From IMG/VR virus record IMGVR_UViG_3300030329_003231: a stretch of DNA of 58,816 nucleotides, one strand, 5' to 3'. Under the pieces are notes generated by a model. The model was not told the origin of the DNA and searched no databases. It saw only the letters and a list, made by a program, of their open reading frames with translations. Each line of letters starts with the position of its first letter. The stretch's first letter is position 1. A program made the translations under genes and the position numbers. Below, one piece after another: positions 28,852-38,987 of the stretch. The stretch is from an uncultured virus (IMG/VR IMGVR_UViG_3300030329_003231). Lineage: Duplodnaviria; Heunggongvirae; Uroviricota; Caudoviricetes.

Positions 28852-29117
28852 AGTTCTAATTGTTGTAATTCACTTTGTGATAAAATTTTCTGTCCTTTTA
28901 ATTGAGGATCCGCTGGTAATACCTCCGCCTCAACATTAACAGTTGTTGGGGGAAGTGGTTTAGGTGGATCTATTCTTTTATAAGTTAATTTTTGAACATC
29001 CTTATTCAACTCAATAAGTTCTTGTGCATGTTTTTCCCATCCACAATCACAATACTGTTGTCCTTTTTCATCAAAGACCCGATAAAAAACTTTATCATGA
29101 ATATATTTTTTATCCAT
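28848..29117 (-). CDS. hypothetical protein
   Basis: 89-aa ORF containing YCDCGWE. Confidence 0.65.
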   Translation of the reverse strand: MDKKYIHDKVFYRVFDEKGQQYCDCGWEKHAQELIELNKDVQKLTYKRIDPPKPLPPTTVNVEAEVLPADPQLKGQKILSQSELQQLEL

Positions 29118-29119
29118 AA

Positions 29120-30493
29120 TTAGAATTTAAAATCACTAAAAGATTTTTTGGGTTCTTGTTTATGAGTATACTCTTCTTCTTGTCCACTGTCAACGATATC
29201 TTCCTGAGCACTCTGTTCACAATCATATAATCTCATCTTTGCACGATCAATTCCTACAATGAACCTTTTATTGATTGTAGGATCATTATAACGATTCTTT
29301 AATTGCTTAACTACTATCTGTCCGAGTGGTTCCAATTCATCCGTAGAAATAAGGGCGAACATAAGATCAGCAGTAGCAGGGAGTCCAAAAGATTCACTGG
29401 TGTCAGTAAGTTCAACATCACTACTACCGTAACCACTCCTAGTAGTTTGAGTGGCAGAGACGATAGGAAGATTGGCTTCCACTGCCAATCCGCGAAGTTC
29501 TTCTGCAATTGCTTTAATGTAGGAATAAGAGTTGACTGTTGAGTTTCCACGGTATCTAGATGATGCACAAATGTTTAAGTAGTCAATGAATATTATATCA
29601 GGTTTGAATGACTTTTTCAAGGCAAGTTCCTGAAGTAATGCTTTAAAATGCCCACTGTGTGCCGATGCAGTAGGGTATTCTTTAATTATAAGAGTTCCTT
29701 GAGTCTTCTTTGCTAAATCGGTTACCTTACCCTCATACATGACCTTAGGAAGATCTGTTATATCTTGTATTGGGATATTAAGTAAATTAGCATCGATCCT
29801 CTCCGCAATCTTTTCCTCTGCCATTTCGAGAGTGATGTAGAGGACGTTCTTTCCCTGGAGCAAAGCTGAGCTTGCCACATGACACATGAATAAAGACTTT
29901 CCAACACCTGTGCCAGCAAGAGCAATGTTGAGAGTCTTATTCGGTAAACCCCCTTTCGTAATTTTGTTGAAGTATTCAAGATCAAATTCGATCTTGTCTT
30001 CCTTCCTGTGGTACGATTCATACCTTTCTTCATAATCAATTAAGTAATCATGTCCAATGTGCGTATCGAAAGATACTGCAAGAGCATCGGATAAAATATT
30101 AGGAATGGCATCTCTATCTTTTTCTTCATCCTTTCCATCCGCAAGTTGAATAGATTCCATCAATGCTAAGTATATAGCACGATCTCTACACCATTTTTCT
30201 GTTGTATTAACTAACCAATTAAATTCCGAAGGATCATCCTCCAAATAACTAATAAGTTTAGTAATCTCCTGAAAAGAAGTATCATTTATATCTTGACGTT
30301 TTTCCGTCTCAATACATAATACTTCTTTGGTTGCTGGTTCATTATATTCTCCAACAAACTTTGCAATCTCTTCAAAGACAACCTTTTGATTATAATCCTC
30401 AAAATAATCAGCCTTTATAAAAGGAAGTACTTTACGGACATATTCTTCATTATATAAAAGGTTTCTAAGAATTAGAAACTCAACCTTGTCCAT
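29120..30493 (-). CDS. gp41: replicative helicase (T4 gp41)
   Basis: AGTGVGKS, IDYLN, SATQT, SESFGLPATAD, KNRY; start trimmed to MDKVEF. Confidence 0.96.
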   Translation of the reverse strand: MDKVEFLILRNLLYNEEYVRKVLPFIKADYFEDYNQKVVFEEIAKFVGEYNEPATKEVLCIETEKRQDINDTSFQEITKLISYLEDDPSEFNWLVNTTEKWCRDRAIYLALMESIQLADGKDEEKDRDAIPNILSDALAVSFDTHIGHDYLIDYEERYESYHRKEDKIEFDLEYFNKITKGGLPNKTLNIALAGTGVGKSLFMCHVASSALLQGKNVLYITLEMAEEKIAERIDANLLNIPIQDITDLPKVMYEGKVTDLAKKTQGTLIIKEYPTASAHSGHFKALLQELALKKSFKPDIIFIDYLNICASSRYRGNSTVNSYSYIKAIAEELRGLAVEANLPIVSATQTTRSGYGSSDVELTDTSESFGLPATADLMFALISTDELEPLGQIVVKQLKNRYNDPTINKRFIVGIDRAKMRLYDCEQSAQEDIVDSGQEEEYTHKQEPKKSFSDFKF

Positions 30494-31487
30494 AACTAAA
30501 TTCCTTCTTTGCAGTCTCATCTAAAGCCTGCATTACCTCAGGAGTAAAATATTCTTCAGGGCTAGCAAGTATCTGTTTGGCATAAATCTTCTTACCGTTT
30601 ATCTCATATCTACCCGCTACATTCTTCCAGAGTCCACCAATCTCTCCCAGTTCCAAAAGACCATAGTACCTATCAAGACCACGTTCATCATAATAAAGAC
30701 GTATCTCAACTTGTTTATTCTCTTTACTTAAACGCGACTTTGCTGTCTTAGCTTTGATAATGTTTCCGATGACTTCCTTTCCATCCTTCTCCTTTTTCTT
30801 TCCGAGATAAATGATTGTACTCGCTGCGTACTTGAGTCCACTACCTCCTCCCATTTCTTTAGTTGGAACATAAGCTCCGATGACATCATACGTGTGATTT
30901 GTGACAATGAGCGCGACATTTGCTTGTGCTAGTTTAAGTGTTAACATTCTAAACGCACCTTTGACCAGTTGGGATTTAGTCATATCCCGAACTTGTTTAT
31001 CATCAAGTGCGTCTCTAATCTCTTTTTCTGTTGAGAGCATTCCCAGTGAGTCTAACACAAACATGCACGGCTTGCGTTCCTCTATGGGCATCTGAAGATA
31101 TTTATCAACTGCTTTAAGTGCCTTCGATCTAAACTCCTCAATAGTAACTACATTAACAACGACAGTACGATTTAAATCAACCCCACGAGATTCAAGTAAT
31201 CCTTTATTAACAGCGGATTCCGTATCAAAATACAGACAATAACCATCAGGATTAGAATCAAGGAAGTTCTTAACCACTGCGAGCGAGAAAAAAGTTTTGC
31301 CAGTACTAGACTCGCCAGCAATGGCAGTAATCTTATTAGAAGATACGCCGCCAAAAATGGAACCGCTAACCAGTCCGTTAAAGATGTACGAACCGGTGTC
31401 GATGTATCTTTCTTCTCCGTCAATGTCTGCTGCGAGTTGGGTGAAGTCATCTCCAATCTCTTTTACAATATCTTTAAGAAAATCCAT
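30480..31487 (-). CDS. uvsX: RecA-like recombinase
   Basis: AGESSTGKT, FDTE, LDSLG, MGGGSG. Confidence 0.95.
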   Translation of the reverse strand: MDFLKDIVKEIGDDFTQLAADIDGEERYIDTGSYIFNGLVSGSIFGGVSSNKITAIAGESSTGKTFFSLAVVKNFLDSNPDGYCLYFDTESAVNKGLLESRGVDLNRTVVVNVVTIEEFRSKALKAVDKYLQMPIEERKPCMFVLDSLGMLSTEKEIRDALDDKQVRDMTKSQLVKGAFRMLTLKLAQANVALIVTNHTYDVIGAYVPTKEMGGGSGLKYAASTIIYLGKKKEKDGKEVIGNIIKAKTAKSRLSKENKQVEIRLYYDERGLDRYYGLLELGEIGGLWKNVAGRYEINGKKIYAKQILASPEEYFTPEVMQALDETAKKEFSYGQG

Positions 31488-31489
31488 TA

Positions 31490-32275
31490 TTAAAATATTC
31501 TAACGTTAGTTGCCAATCTTAATCTCTTTAATAATACTATATGATACCATGTTAAGTCAATCTGTCCACGTTGTAATCCTTGTTTAGCAGAACTAGGATA
31601 AGCATGATGATTATTATGCCATCCTTCACCAAATGTAAGTGCTGCTACCCACTTATTATTACGGGAACTATCCTCAGTATCATATGCTCTTGTACCCCAT
31701 GCATGAGTGGCAGAATTAACTAACCATGTTACATGATATACGAGAACTAATCTTAAAAATATACCCCACAATACATAAGACCATCCACCTAAAAGATAAA
31801 GAGTAAGACCTAAGGGAACTTGTAAGAAAAGAAAATATTTATCTAACCATATAAAATAAGGATCCTTTCTCATATCACCAGCATACCTACGAACTCTTTT
31901 CTCACCAGGTACTCTAACAAACATCCATCCAATATGACTCCACCAAATTCCTCTCTTGGCATTATGAGGATCAAGTGCTTTATCAGAATGTTTATGGTGT
32001 TGTCTATGTAAACCTACCCATGTAACAGGTCCATACTCTGCACTTAATGCTCCACATGTAGCAAAGAATCTTGCCAACCATTGAGGAACTTTAAATGATC
32101 TATGTGATAATAATCTATGATACCCTAGAGTGACACCAAGACATGCTGTAACCCAATACAGAATAAGAAGAGTTGCTACTGCTCCTCCACTCCAAAACTG
32201 AGGAAGCAATGCAACTCCTGCAAGAATATGTATTACTAACATGAATAATATAGTTGGCCACTTAATGTTAGTCAA
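31490..32275 (-). CDS. desC: delta-9 acyl-lipid desaturase (viral FAD)
   Basis: His boxes HRLLSH, HRQHH, GEGWHNNHH; TM helices. Confidence 0.93.
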   Translation of the reverse strand: MTNIKWPTILFMLVIHILAGVALLPQFWSGGAVATLLILYWVTACLGVTLGYHRLLSHRSFKVPQWLARFFATCGALSAEYGPVTWVGLHRQHHKHSDKALDPHNAKRGIWWSHIGWMFVRVPGEKRVRRYAGDMRKDPYFIWLDKYFLFLQVPLGLTLYLLGGWSYVLWGIFLRLVLVYHVTWLVNSATHAWGTRAYDTEDSSRNNKWVAALTFGEGWHNNHHAYPSSAKQGLQRGQIDLTWYHIVLLKRLRLATNVRIF

Positions 32276-32730
32276 ATTCCTAATAATTTACGCTGACGTT
32301 CAAAGTAATCATGAAGAATCCAGGAACTACTATTCATCTTATCTTCACCACCGATACCAAATTTAAACTCTACTCGTGGATCATCACCATATCCCTTAAT
32401 TTCAGGAGTATTAGTTTGAACTCTATCCCCACCATTACAGAAAATAACTTTTTCAGAAATTTCTAAACACTTAGCAATAGCACCACAAGCAGACTCATCA
32501 GAATCATCCCAAGAAATAACAGCATCTACCATACTTAAATGGCGAACAATATCAGCTCTCTCTGTAAAACATTGAAAATACTGTCCTTTCTTACGCTTTA
32601 ACCAAGGATCTCCATTAAGTCCAACTACCAGATAATTAGAAAGATCCTTTGCTCTTTTAAAATATGATATATGTCCACTGTGGATGGGATCGAATCCACC
32701 AGTAACAAGACTAACTTTATCAAAAATCAT
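32272..32730 (-). CDS. cytidylyl/adenylyltransferase (RfaE/TagD-like)
   Basis: TGGFDPIHSGH, NGGDR, NSSS. Confidence 0.85.
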   Translation of the reverse strand: MIFDKVSLVTGGFDPIHSGHISYFKRAKDLSNYLVVGLNGDPWLKRKKGQYFQCFTERADIVRHLSMVDAVISWDDSDESACGAIAKCLEISEKVIFCNGGDRVQTNTPEIKGYGDDPRVEFKFGIGGEDKMNSSSWILHDYFERQRKLLGI

Positions 32731-32900
32731 TAGATTGTCATTCCTCTTTCTTCCCGTAAAATTTTCTTATATGGACCATCGGGATTAAGATCTCTAACCT
32801 CCTTAACCTCTTTTAAAAGATGATATAATCTAGCATCTCCACCCAATGCCAAAGCACTAACTATTGTCGCTAAATCTTTGTCGTCGATAGGTAAGTCCAT
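32730..32900 (-). CDS. 56-aa hypothetical protein
   Basis: Not in track. MDLPIDDKDLATIVSALALGGDARLY...; fills the gap exactly. Confidence 0.65.
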   Translation of the reverse strand: MDLPIDDKDLATIVSALALGGDARLYHLLKEVKEVRDLNPDGPYKKILREERGMTI

Positions 32901-35390
32901 CTAAGTAAAAAAGAGTTCTAGGTTTACAGTTTTTTCAACATTCCACCCAATTGCATCCAAAATGATTTTGAGTGGTTCCAGAAATGCTTTTTCAAATTGT
33001 AAGTCATAATCCACATACTTGTCAAGACCAATCTCACGCGGAAAATCCTGAATAAACGAAATAATATTCTCGTGAATAATATTAGGTTTTTTCAGGTAGC
33101 AAAACTTAATCTTTTCGCCATTCTGGATCAGCGAGTACTTATTATCTAACTTATGTTTCTTAACATAATGGTTATACAATAATGCACCCCGTATATGTAT
33201 AGGAGTTCCTTTGGCATAAATTGTAGAATGTGCCTTATACTTCTCTACATTAGACGCAGAACGAGGAAAAGCAATATCTTCTGGTTGTAATGACTTAAAT
33301 TCCTTACGAGAATTATCAATAAAATCAATTACCTCCTCTTCTGTACCATTCATCATTATCTTTAATGCATCCTTAATCATAGTACGACAGGGTGCAGGGG
33401 TAGAAGACTTGACTGCCTCAATCCCCATCATCTTTAATTTGGGTTCTTCATATCTAACTCCTTCACTATCCCACACATTTAAAATATATCTTTTCTTTGC
33501 AGTCCAAATACCACGATCAGCAATATTCTCCCGCTTCATTTGCATTTTTTGGTCATAGGCGTTGACATACCCGGCCAATTCTTCGTAAGAACTTTCAATA
33601 TAAGGCTCGAATTCATTTTCACACACCTTGTTAAGGAACCCAACAACGCCCTCACTAGTTTTCTCTCTCCCCTTGTATACAGCCTCAACCAAAGGACCCA
33701 CATGCAAGTAAATACTATCAGTATCAGAAGCAATAACATAATCTTCACCCTCCGTTTTCAAAATCTTGTTCATCTTCTGGTTCATTTTATTCTCTATCCA
33801 CCGAATAGAGACTTGTCCAGACAAAGTAATTGCCTCAGCATTTGCTAATTTATAATAGCGGAAGTACTGATTGCCGATAGCACCATAAGCAGAATTAAGA
33901 GATATCTTCTTTGCCATCTGGATATTGTTGCACCGTGCAATCTCCTTCTCCAATTTCTTAGAAGGTTTATTCTCATACTCCTGTTTTGCTTGTAACATCC
34001 TCTTCTTGAAGACGACACGATCCCCATACATCTTGTCCATAAGTTCAGGAAGGAACCCACGTACATCCTTCCTATATTGCGCTCCATTCGCACAAACTGC
34101 GAAATCTCCATTAATATCAATCTCCTTATTTAAAATCCTCTCAACGCTCGCGCCGGGGCATCTAGCCTCCCTGAGTGTTTCCGGGGAGATGTTATATTGC
34201 ATGATAAGATGAGGGTAGAGGCTGTTAAGATCAAAACTAACAACCCAATCATACCGTCCCGCTTTCGGTTCTTTAACATAGGCACCTGCATACTTTTCGT
34301 TCTTTTGTGATCTATTCTTAGGAGGAATAACAATATTCCTTTTCTTCAAATAGTTATAAATGATAGTGTCCCACATTCGTACCTGATAGAACACATCACT
34401 ATAATTGACCTTAGCATCATACGCCATTGTAAGAGCAAGTTCAATCAACTTCATCTTGTCTTCCAATCGGTCAACAAGTTCTACATCAATTATATTATAT
34501 TCTATAAACTTCTGCCAACCCTTTGTGTAAAAATCTTTAAATGTGTCGAATTCACTATGGTCTAATTTCTTCTGCCCTAGTTCAACACTGGCAATGTAAT
34601 CCAACCTATATGACTCTTGTGCTTTATAAGTAAACTTCTTATAAAGATCAAGATAATCAAGTTGCGTTACACCTCCAACATCGAAAGTAGTATGCTTACG
34701 ACCATTAATATACAATTCTCCTTCACTTACAAGTCCCCAAGGAGAAAACCTCTTCATCAGTTTCTCACCAAGGGAATAATTAAGTCTCTTACAAATATAT
34801 GGAATATCATACAATTGAATGTTCCATCCAGTAATTACATCTGGAACATCCTGCATCCAATAATTAATGAACGATGTTAAAAGTTCATACTCTGTTGGAC
34901 AATGATAATAAGTTACATCCTTCCTATTATTCTCAAAGGGTTTACTTCCCCAAGTAACGATCTGCTTAGTTGTATAGTCTTGGATTGTGATTGCCAGAAT
35001 CTCTTCGACGCACGATTCAACATCAGGGAAACCTTGCTCAGACGCAACCTCAATATCCAAAGTAACAAGCTTAATTTTAGATATGTCAAACTTGATCTCA
35101 TCCTGAGGATATTTCTCTGATATGTATTGGTAAATATACCTGTCATTCCCATAAATCTCAAACCCTTCAACATCTTCATACTTCTTATAGAAGTCTCTAC
35201 AATCTCTAACCGTTCCTGGATTAATTGCTTCAACGCTTTCTCCACTCAACGTTTTATATTTAGCCTTTTTTTTAGATTTAACGAATAAAGTAGGGAAAAA
35301 TTCATCCCGATGCTCATATCTTTTCCCATTCTCAACACCACGAACCAGAAACTGATTCCCGATCAATTGAACATTAGTATAAAATTTCAT
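32901..35390 (-). CDS. gp43: family B DNA polymerase (T4 gp43)
   Basis: DIE exonuclease motif, SFDLNSLYP, KISLNSAYG, SDTDS, KKRY. Confidence 0.98.
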   Translation of the reverse strand: MKFYTNVQLIGNQFLVRGVENGKRYEHRDEFFPTLFVKSKKKAKYKTLSGESVEAINPGTVRDCRDFYKKYEDVEGFEIYGNDRYIYQYISEKYPQDEIKFDISKIKLVTLDIEVASEQGFPDVESCVEEILAITIQDYTTKQIVTWGSKPFENNRKDVTYYHCPTEYELLTSFINYWMQDVPDVITGWNIQLYDIPYICKRLNYSLGEKLMKRFSPWGLVSEGELYINGRKHTTFDVGGVTQLDYLDLYKKFTYKAQESYRLDYIASVELGQKKLDHSEFDTFKDFYTKGWQKFIEYNIIDVELVDRLEDKMKLIELALTMAYDAKVNYSDVFYQVRMWDTIIYNYLKKRNIVIPPKNRSQKNEKYAGAYVKEPKAGRYDWVVSFDLNSLYPHLIMQYNISPETLREARCPGASVERILNKEIDINGDFAVCANGAQYRKDVRGFLPELMDKMYGDRVVFKKRMLQAKQEYENKPSKKLEKEIARCNNIQMAKKISLNSAYGAIGNQYFRYYKLANAEAITLSGQVSIRWIENKMNQKMNKILKTEGEDYVIASDTDSIYLHVGPLVEAVYKGREKTSEGVVGFLNKVCENEFEPYIESSYEELAGYVNAYDQKMQMKRENIADRGIWTAKKRYILNVWDSEGVRYEEPKLKMMGIEAVKSSTPAPCRTMIKDALKIMMNGTEEEVIDFIDNSRKEFKSLQPEDIAFPRSASNVEKYKAHSTIYAKGTPIHIRGALLYNHYVKKHKLDNKYSLIQNGEKIKFCYLKKPNIIHENIISFIQDFPREIGLDKYVDYDLQFEKAFLEPLKIILDAIGWNVEKTVNLELFFT

Positions 35391-35572
35391 TCTGTCAAAT
35401 CTCTACATGGTTCGGGACCATACCATTGGGTTCCTTCACATCCATGTTCATTCCACCACCAAGGAAATGTTTCCTTAGTAGAAATCTGTGCTGCTCTATT
35501 AATCTCAGTGTAATCATCTACTTGATAGGGTACTACTGGAATTGAAATAGAAGCAATTAAAAAAGGAATCAT
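35387..35572 (-). CDS. small hypothetical protein
   Basis: 61 aa with a Trp/Cys-rich C-terminus; ATGA overlaps. Confidence 0.55.
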   Translation of the reverse strand: MIPFLIASISIPVVPYQVDDYTEINRAAQISTKETFPWWWNEHGCEGTQWYGPEPCRDLTE

Positions 35573-35841
35573 TCTAAAAGATCTAAGTACTTTTCAAGGA
35601 TAGTTGGAGAAGGTTCTGCCAATGTAAGTATTTTATCAGATCCCATCATAAATGTGGTATCCCTTGTGACACTTGTTAAAAAGGGCTCTAAAACAGTTTG
35701 ACCTGTCTCAGTATTAATAACAAATGGATTAAGAAGTTTACAATCAGGCTCTCCAATATCAGCAGAACCTACTTCCTCAATCTCACTTATCAGATACTGA
35801 TGATTTGTCAGTGCTAGTACCTTTATTATCTTGTCGGCCAT
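35569..35841 (-). CDS. conserved cyanophage hypothetical protein
   Basis: DIGEPDCKLLNPF...SDKILTLAEP. Confidence 0.75.
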   Translation of the reverse strand: MADKIIKVLALTNHQYLISEIEEVGSADIGEPDCKLLNPFVINTETGQTVLEPFLTSVTRDTTFMMGSDKILTLAEPSPTILEKYLDLLE

Positions 35842-36166
35842 AGTTCAATACATCCTCTAAATACATTTTCTTTAATTTATCTATGGGGTCAACCATAGTG
35901 ATCAACCAATCAGCAGTCATTGGTATAACTTCATCTTTCGCTAGTGCCATCCAAGGAAAAAGTGAAACCTCTAATCCTGCTTTTTGTGGACCTGTATCCT
36001 CTTTCATTTCGTGGGGATTTTTCAAAGTCACTACACAAGGTTTCTTTAAAAAATATCCTACCACTCTTTTCGGTCTATCTATATCACCTTCTGTTCCAGC
36101 TGTCATTTCACTTATATCAGCAATGACATCTTCTCCTGATTTGAGTAGTAATAACTTAACTGTCAT
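35783..36166 (-). CDS. conserved cyanophage hypothetical protein
   Basis: KLLLLKSGEDVIADI...PW...DWLITMVDP. Confidence 0.8.
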   Translation of the reverse strand: MTVKLLLLKSGEDVIADISEMTAGTEGDIDRPKRVVGYFLKKPCVVTLKNPHEMKEDTGPQKAGLEVSLFPWMALAKDEVIPMTADWLITMVDPIDKLKKMYLEDVLNYGRQDNKGTSTDKSSVSDK

Positions 36167-36184
36167 TTTACTTCCGTAATATTT

Positions 36185-36383
36185 GGGTGGGAGGTTGGAT
36201 TAATGTATACCAACAAGTACAGGGCATTGCTACATTAGTAGATTTTTACTGTACTATCTGAGACCCGACTGGTAAGTCGATTCTGGTTTTCAACCAGCAG
36301 CACCACCTGTGTCTCATCACCTTAACTAGCCTTATGCCAGCAAGTTTGTTCAGTCACTCCCGTGTCGAACCCGTCGATTCAAC
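36185..36383 (-). ncRNA. structured RNA, probably the manA motif
   Basis: Closing stem GGGAG/CTCCC; helices CTGGC/GCTAG, GAGAC/GTCTC, CTGGTT/AACCAG, CGACT/AGTCG, GTACAG/CTGTAC, TTGG/CCAA; core ACAGGTGGTGCTGC recalled from manA; own promoter upstream. Confidence 0.7.
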
Positions 36384-36389
36384 AAAAAA

Positions 36390-36418
36390 ATTATAACATA
36401 AAAAAGGAGGGGATGCAA
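36390..36418 (-). promoter_or_regulatory. sigma70-type promoter for the ncRNA
   Basis: TTGCAT-17 nt-TATAAT. Confidence 0.7.
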
Positions 36419-36426
36419 CCCCTCCT
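36400..36426 (-). terminator. intrinsic terminator after hsp20
   Basis: AGGAGGGG/CCCCTCCT stem plus T run. Confidence 0.75.
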
Positions 36427-36449
36427 ATCCATCTCGAACTCATCTCTAT

Positions 36450-36881
36450 TTAGAGATAGTCTTTACGAGCATGATGATCCGGAACTATTTTGCCCAGTTC
36501 TACTACCAGTAGTCCGTCATTGAATCGTACATCTCGTATTTCGGTATCATCTGTGAGTGACCAGATCCTAGTGAAAGACCGCTGGGCCAGTCCTTTATGG
36601 ACAAATTCTCCAACATCTTTTGATTCTTCTTTTTTGCCTTCCACATATAGTTTTCCAAACTCCGTATAGACTCGTACTTCATTTTTCTTGAAGCCGGCAA
36701 GCGCGATCTCCAACCTCGATTCGACATTATTTACTTGGACAATATTATAAGGGGGATAGTTGGAAGAAGTGTCGAGATCCCAGAAACGATTTAAATAATC
36801 GTCCATTCCAATACTGTTCTTACTAATCTTATCCAGTAAAGCTGGAAGATTTTCGGCATGATACCTGGCTAGTGTGCCCAT
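36450..36881 (-). CDS. hsp20: small heat shock protein
   Basis: YPPYNI, EIALAGF, GLAQRSF, DGLL. Confidence 0.95.
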   Translation of the reverse strand: MGTLARYHAENLPALLDKISKNSIGMDDYLNRFWDLDTSSNYPPYNIVQVNNVESRLEIALAGFKKNEVRVYTEFGKLYVEGKKEESKDVGEFVHKGLAQRSFTRIWSLTDDTEIRDVRFNDGLLVVELGKIVPDHHARKDYL

Positions 36882-36943
36882 GATAGTAGCTCCTTTTCTA
36901 AGCGAGTGTGTGTTGTGTGAACCCTTTCGGCGTTCACTACTAA

Positions 36944-37081
36944 TTATACACGATCTCTTAAAAAGCGAGGTGATGATTGCCGTCTTAATTTCTTCGGTTT
37001 CCTACCATGAAGATGGGTAAGATAGAAATTTGAATAGTTAACGATCACTAAAAGGATTAATAATATAGTATTAACCGTCAT
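36944..37081 (-). CDS. possible 45-aa TM plus basic-tail miniprotein
   Basis: MTVNTILLILLVIVNYSNFYLTHLHGRKPKKLRR...; ATGA overlap with the regA stop. Confidence 0.4.
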   Translation of the reverse strand: MTVNTILLILLVIVNYSNFYLTHLHGRKPKKLRRQSSPRFLRDRV

Positions 37082-37512
37082 TCTTCTTGAGGTTTCCCTT
37101 TCTTACCAATGTTATACTTTTGCTCTAAAATCCAATCTCCCTTATCTTTATAAGAAAGAACTTTGATTTGATTGAGTGGAGCAATATCAGAAACACATTC
37201 TGATTTTACTACTGCTATGAGACCCCAATCAGCAAGGAGACGAGCAATACGATTCCGACGCTGAACATCGTTAGAAGTAAGGTTAGCGTGTTTGCCATCA
37301 AGAGCGAATAACTCCTTAAAATGCACGATATAATATCTACCCTGCTTATGCAGAATATGGCAACTTTGGTAAAGTTTCTTTTCTTTTCTTGACGCTACAC
37401 CAATTCTTGTTAAGGTTTCCCTAACTTTAAGAAAGTCATCGGGTTCATTAAGAGTAACCTCTACCATTTGGTCTTGTGACCACTTGACTTCAGGTTCTAC
37501 CGTAGTAGTCAT
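37078..37512 (-). CDS. regA: translational repressor RegA
   Basis: DDFLKVRETLTRIGVAS, LYQSCHILHKQGRYYIVHFKELF. Confidence 0.97.
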   Translation of the reverse strand: MTTTVEPEVKWSQDQMVEVTLNEPDDFLKVRETLTRIGVASRKEKKLYQSCHILHKQGRYYIVHFKELFALDGKHANLTSNDVQRRNRIARLLADWGLIAVVKSECVSDIAPLNQIKVLSYKDKGDWILEQKYNIGKKGKPQEE

Positions 37513-37889
37513 TTGGATCCTCCAGTTTCAAGTCGTTGTTTAATAAATTTGATTTGTTCAGGGGTTAATATTTTCAAAGCATTTGCTGCTTTTTCGTTAC
37601 TATAACCATAGTATTGTTTGATGATTTCGAGGTCCGTGACTTTATCCTTACGGAGCCAGGGAGAAAATCTCTTCTTTTTCCTAAGTGTATTTAGATAAAA
37701 ACTATATTGCATATCTTTATCCAGAAACGAATATTTATTCATCTCATTGGCAAACATTATGCAATCCAAATGACCTGATAAACAACGATTAATAATATAA
37801 GGAGGATAATCTTTTACCACAGAAGGATCTTCCTCAATAAGATTATTCTTATTAAAGTTAATAGAATTAAGCCAATCCTTCAATTCCAT
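37509..37889 (-). CDS. gp62: clamp loader small subunit (T4 gp62)
   Basis: YPPYIINRCLS, YYGYSNEKA; located between gp44 and regA. Confidence 0.9.
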   Translation of the reverse strand: MELKDWLNSINFNKNNLIEEDPSVVKDYPPYIINRCLSGHLDCIMFANEMNKYSFLDKDMQYSFYLNTLRKKKRFSPWLRKDKVTDLEIIKQYYGYSNEKAANALKILTPEQIKFIKQRLETGGSK

Positions 37890-38721
37890 AATTAAAAAGT
37901 AAAAGTTCCTTTCTTTCTTTTTGGTCTCTCATATATTCACCAACAGAACGCATTGTATAAGTTAAATCAAACTCCGCCGCATTCCAGTTTTTGAATCTAT
38001 CTTTGACCAACTGATCTGAATTATAACTGATAAGCATAGGAATGTCATGCTCATCACAAACCTTTGCAAACTCATCATGATTAAATCCTTTATGCATAGA
38101 TCCACTTTTACCATAAAGATTATCCTTAATATCATAAGGAGGATCCAAATACATGAATATCCCATCATGCATATTAGTGGTCATCAAATGTTCATAAGAA
38201 TATCCATTAATATGCCAATGAGAAATTAATTCTGAGTATCCCCTTAACTTCTCAATCCCTCTCATTGAGAAATTAGAAATAGATGCTTGTTGTGAAAAGG
38301 AAGAACTCTCTGTTAATCCACTAAACGAACACTTATTAACAATATAAAATGCTGCGGCTCTTTCTATACCATCAAGACCAGTTTTATTAATTGCCTCCTT
38401 AGATTCCAGAAAAAGTTCTTTTGCTGATACGGGATCAGGATGAGTAGACTTATAATCCTGTAATTTCTTTGTCAATTCCTCTCCAAAGGTTTGTAACTGA
38501 ACCCAGAAATTTATCAAGGGTTCATAGAGATCATTAACTGTAATCTTTAAGTGAGGATACTTCTTTGTTATATGAAGTGCTACACTTCCTCCACCAAGAA
38601 ACGGTTCCCTAAACTCCACATAGTTACGAAGGTCAGGAAAATAAGGATCCATTTTATTACAAGCACGAGACTTGCCACCAGGATAACGAAGAGGTGTCTT
38701 ATAACCTTTCAAAGATTTCAT
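37867..38721 (-). CDS. dam: DNA adenine methyltransferase (D12 class)
   Basis: LRYPGGKS, EPFLGGGSV, YLDPPY. Confidence 0.92.
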   Translation of the reverse strand: MKSLKGYKTPLRYPGGKSRACNKMDPYFPDLRNYVEFREPFLGGGSVALHITKKYPHLKITVNDLYEPLINFWVQLQTFGEELTKKLQDYKSTHPDPVSAKELFLESKEAINKTGLDGIERAAAFYIVNKCSFSGLTESSSFSQQASISNFSMRGIEKLRGYSELISHWHINGYSYEHLMTTNMHDGIFMYLDPPYDIKDNLYGKSGSMHKGFNHDEFAKVCDEHDIPMLISYNSDQLVKDRFKNWNAAEFDLTYTMRSVGEYMRDQKERKELLLFNYGIEGLA

Positions 38722-38795
38722 TTCTTTTTAAATATACCTAACTGAACTAATACAAACATTGTGATTGCAGTCCAAAATATAATATACCACATAAT

Positions 38796-38987
38796 TTATT
38801 TGTTTGGTGTAGGACGAGGATTGGTACGTCTATTAATAAGTGAAATAAATCTATCAGCAGCAAATGTACCACCTACGCATACTTCTATTTCATCATCATC
38901 TAACCAATTTTCCGTACCATCTTTCTTAGTATGTGCCAGTGCTACTGTTAGATCATCAATAATTTTTTGAGTTAATTTCATTACCAA
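38796..38987 (-). CDS. hypothetical protein
   Basis: 63 aa; EVCVGGTFAADRFISLIN. Confidence 0.65.
   Translation of the reverse strand: MVMKLTQKIIDDLTVALAHTKKDGTENWLDDDEIEVCVGGTFAADRFISLINRRTNPRPTPNK

Noticed and set aside
13433..35390. Introns or inteins in nrdA, nrdB, gp41 or gp43
   Set aside because: All are uninterrupted and of normal length.
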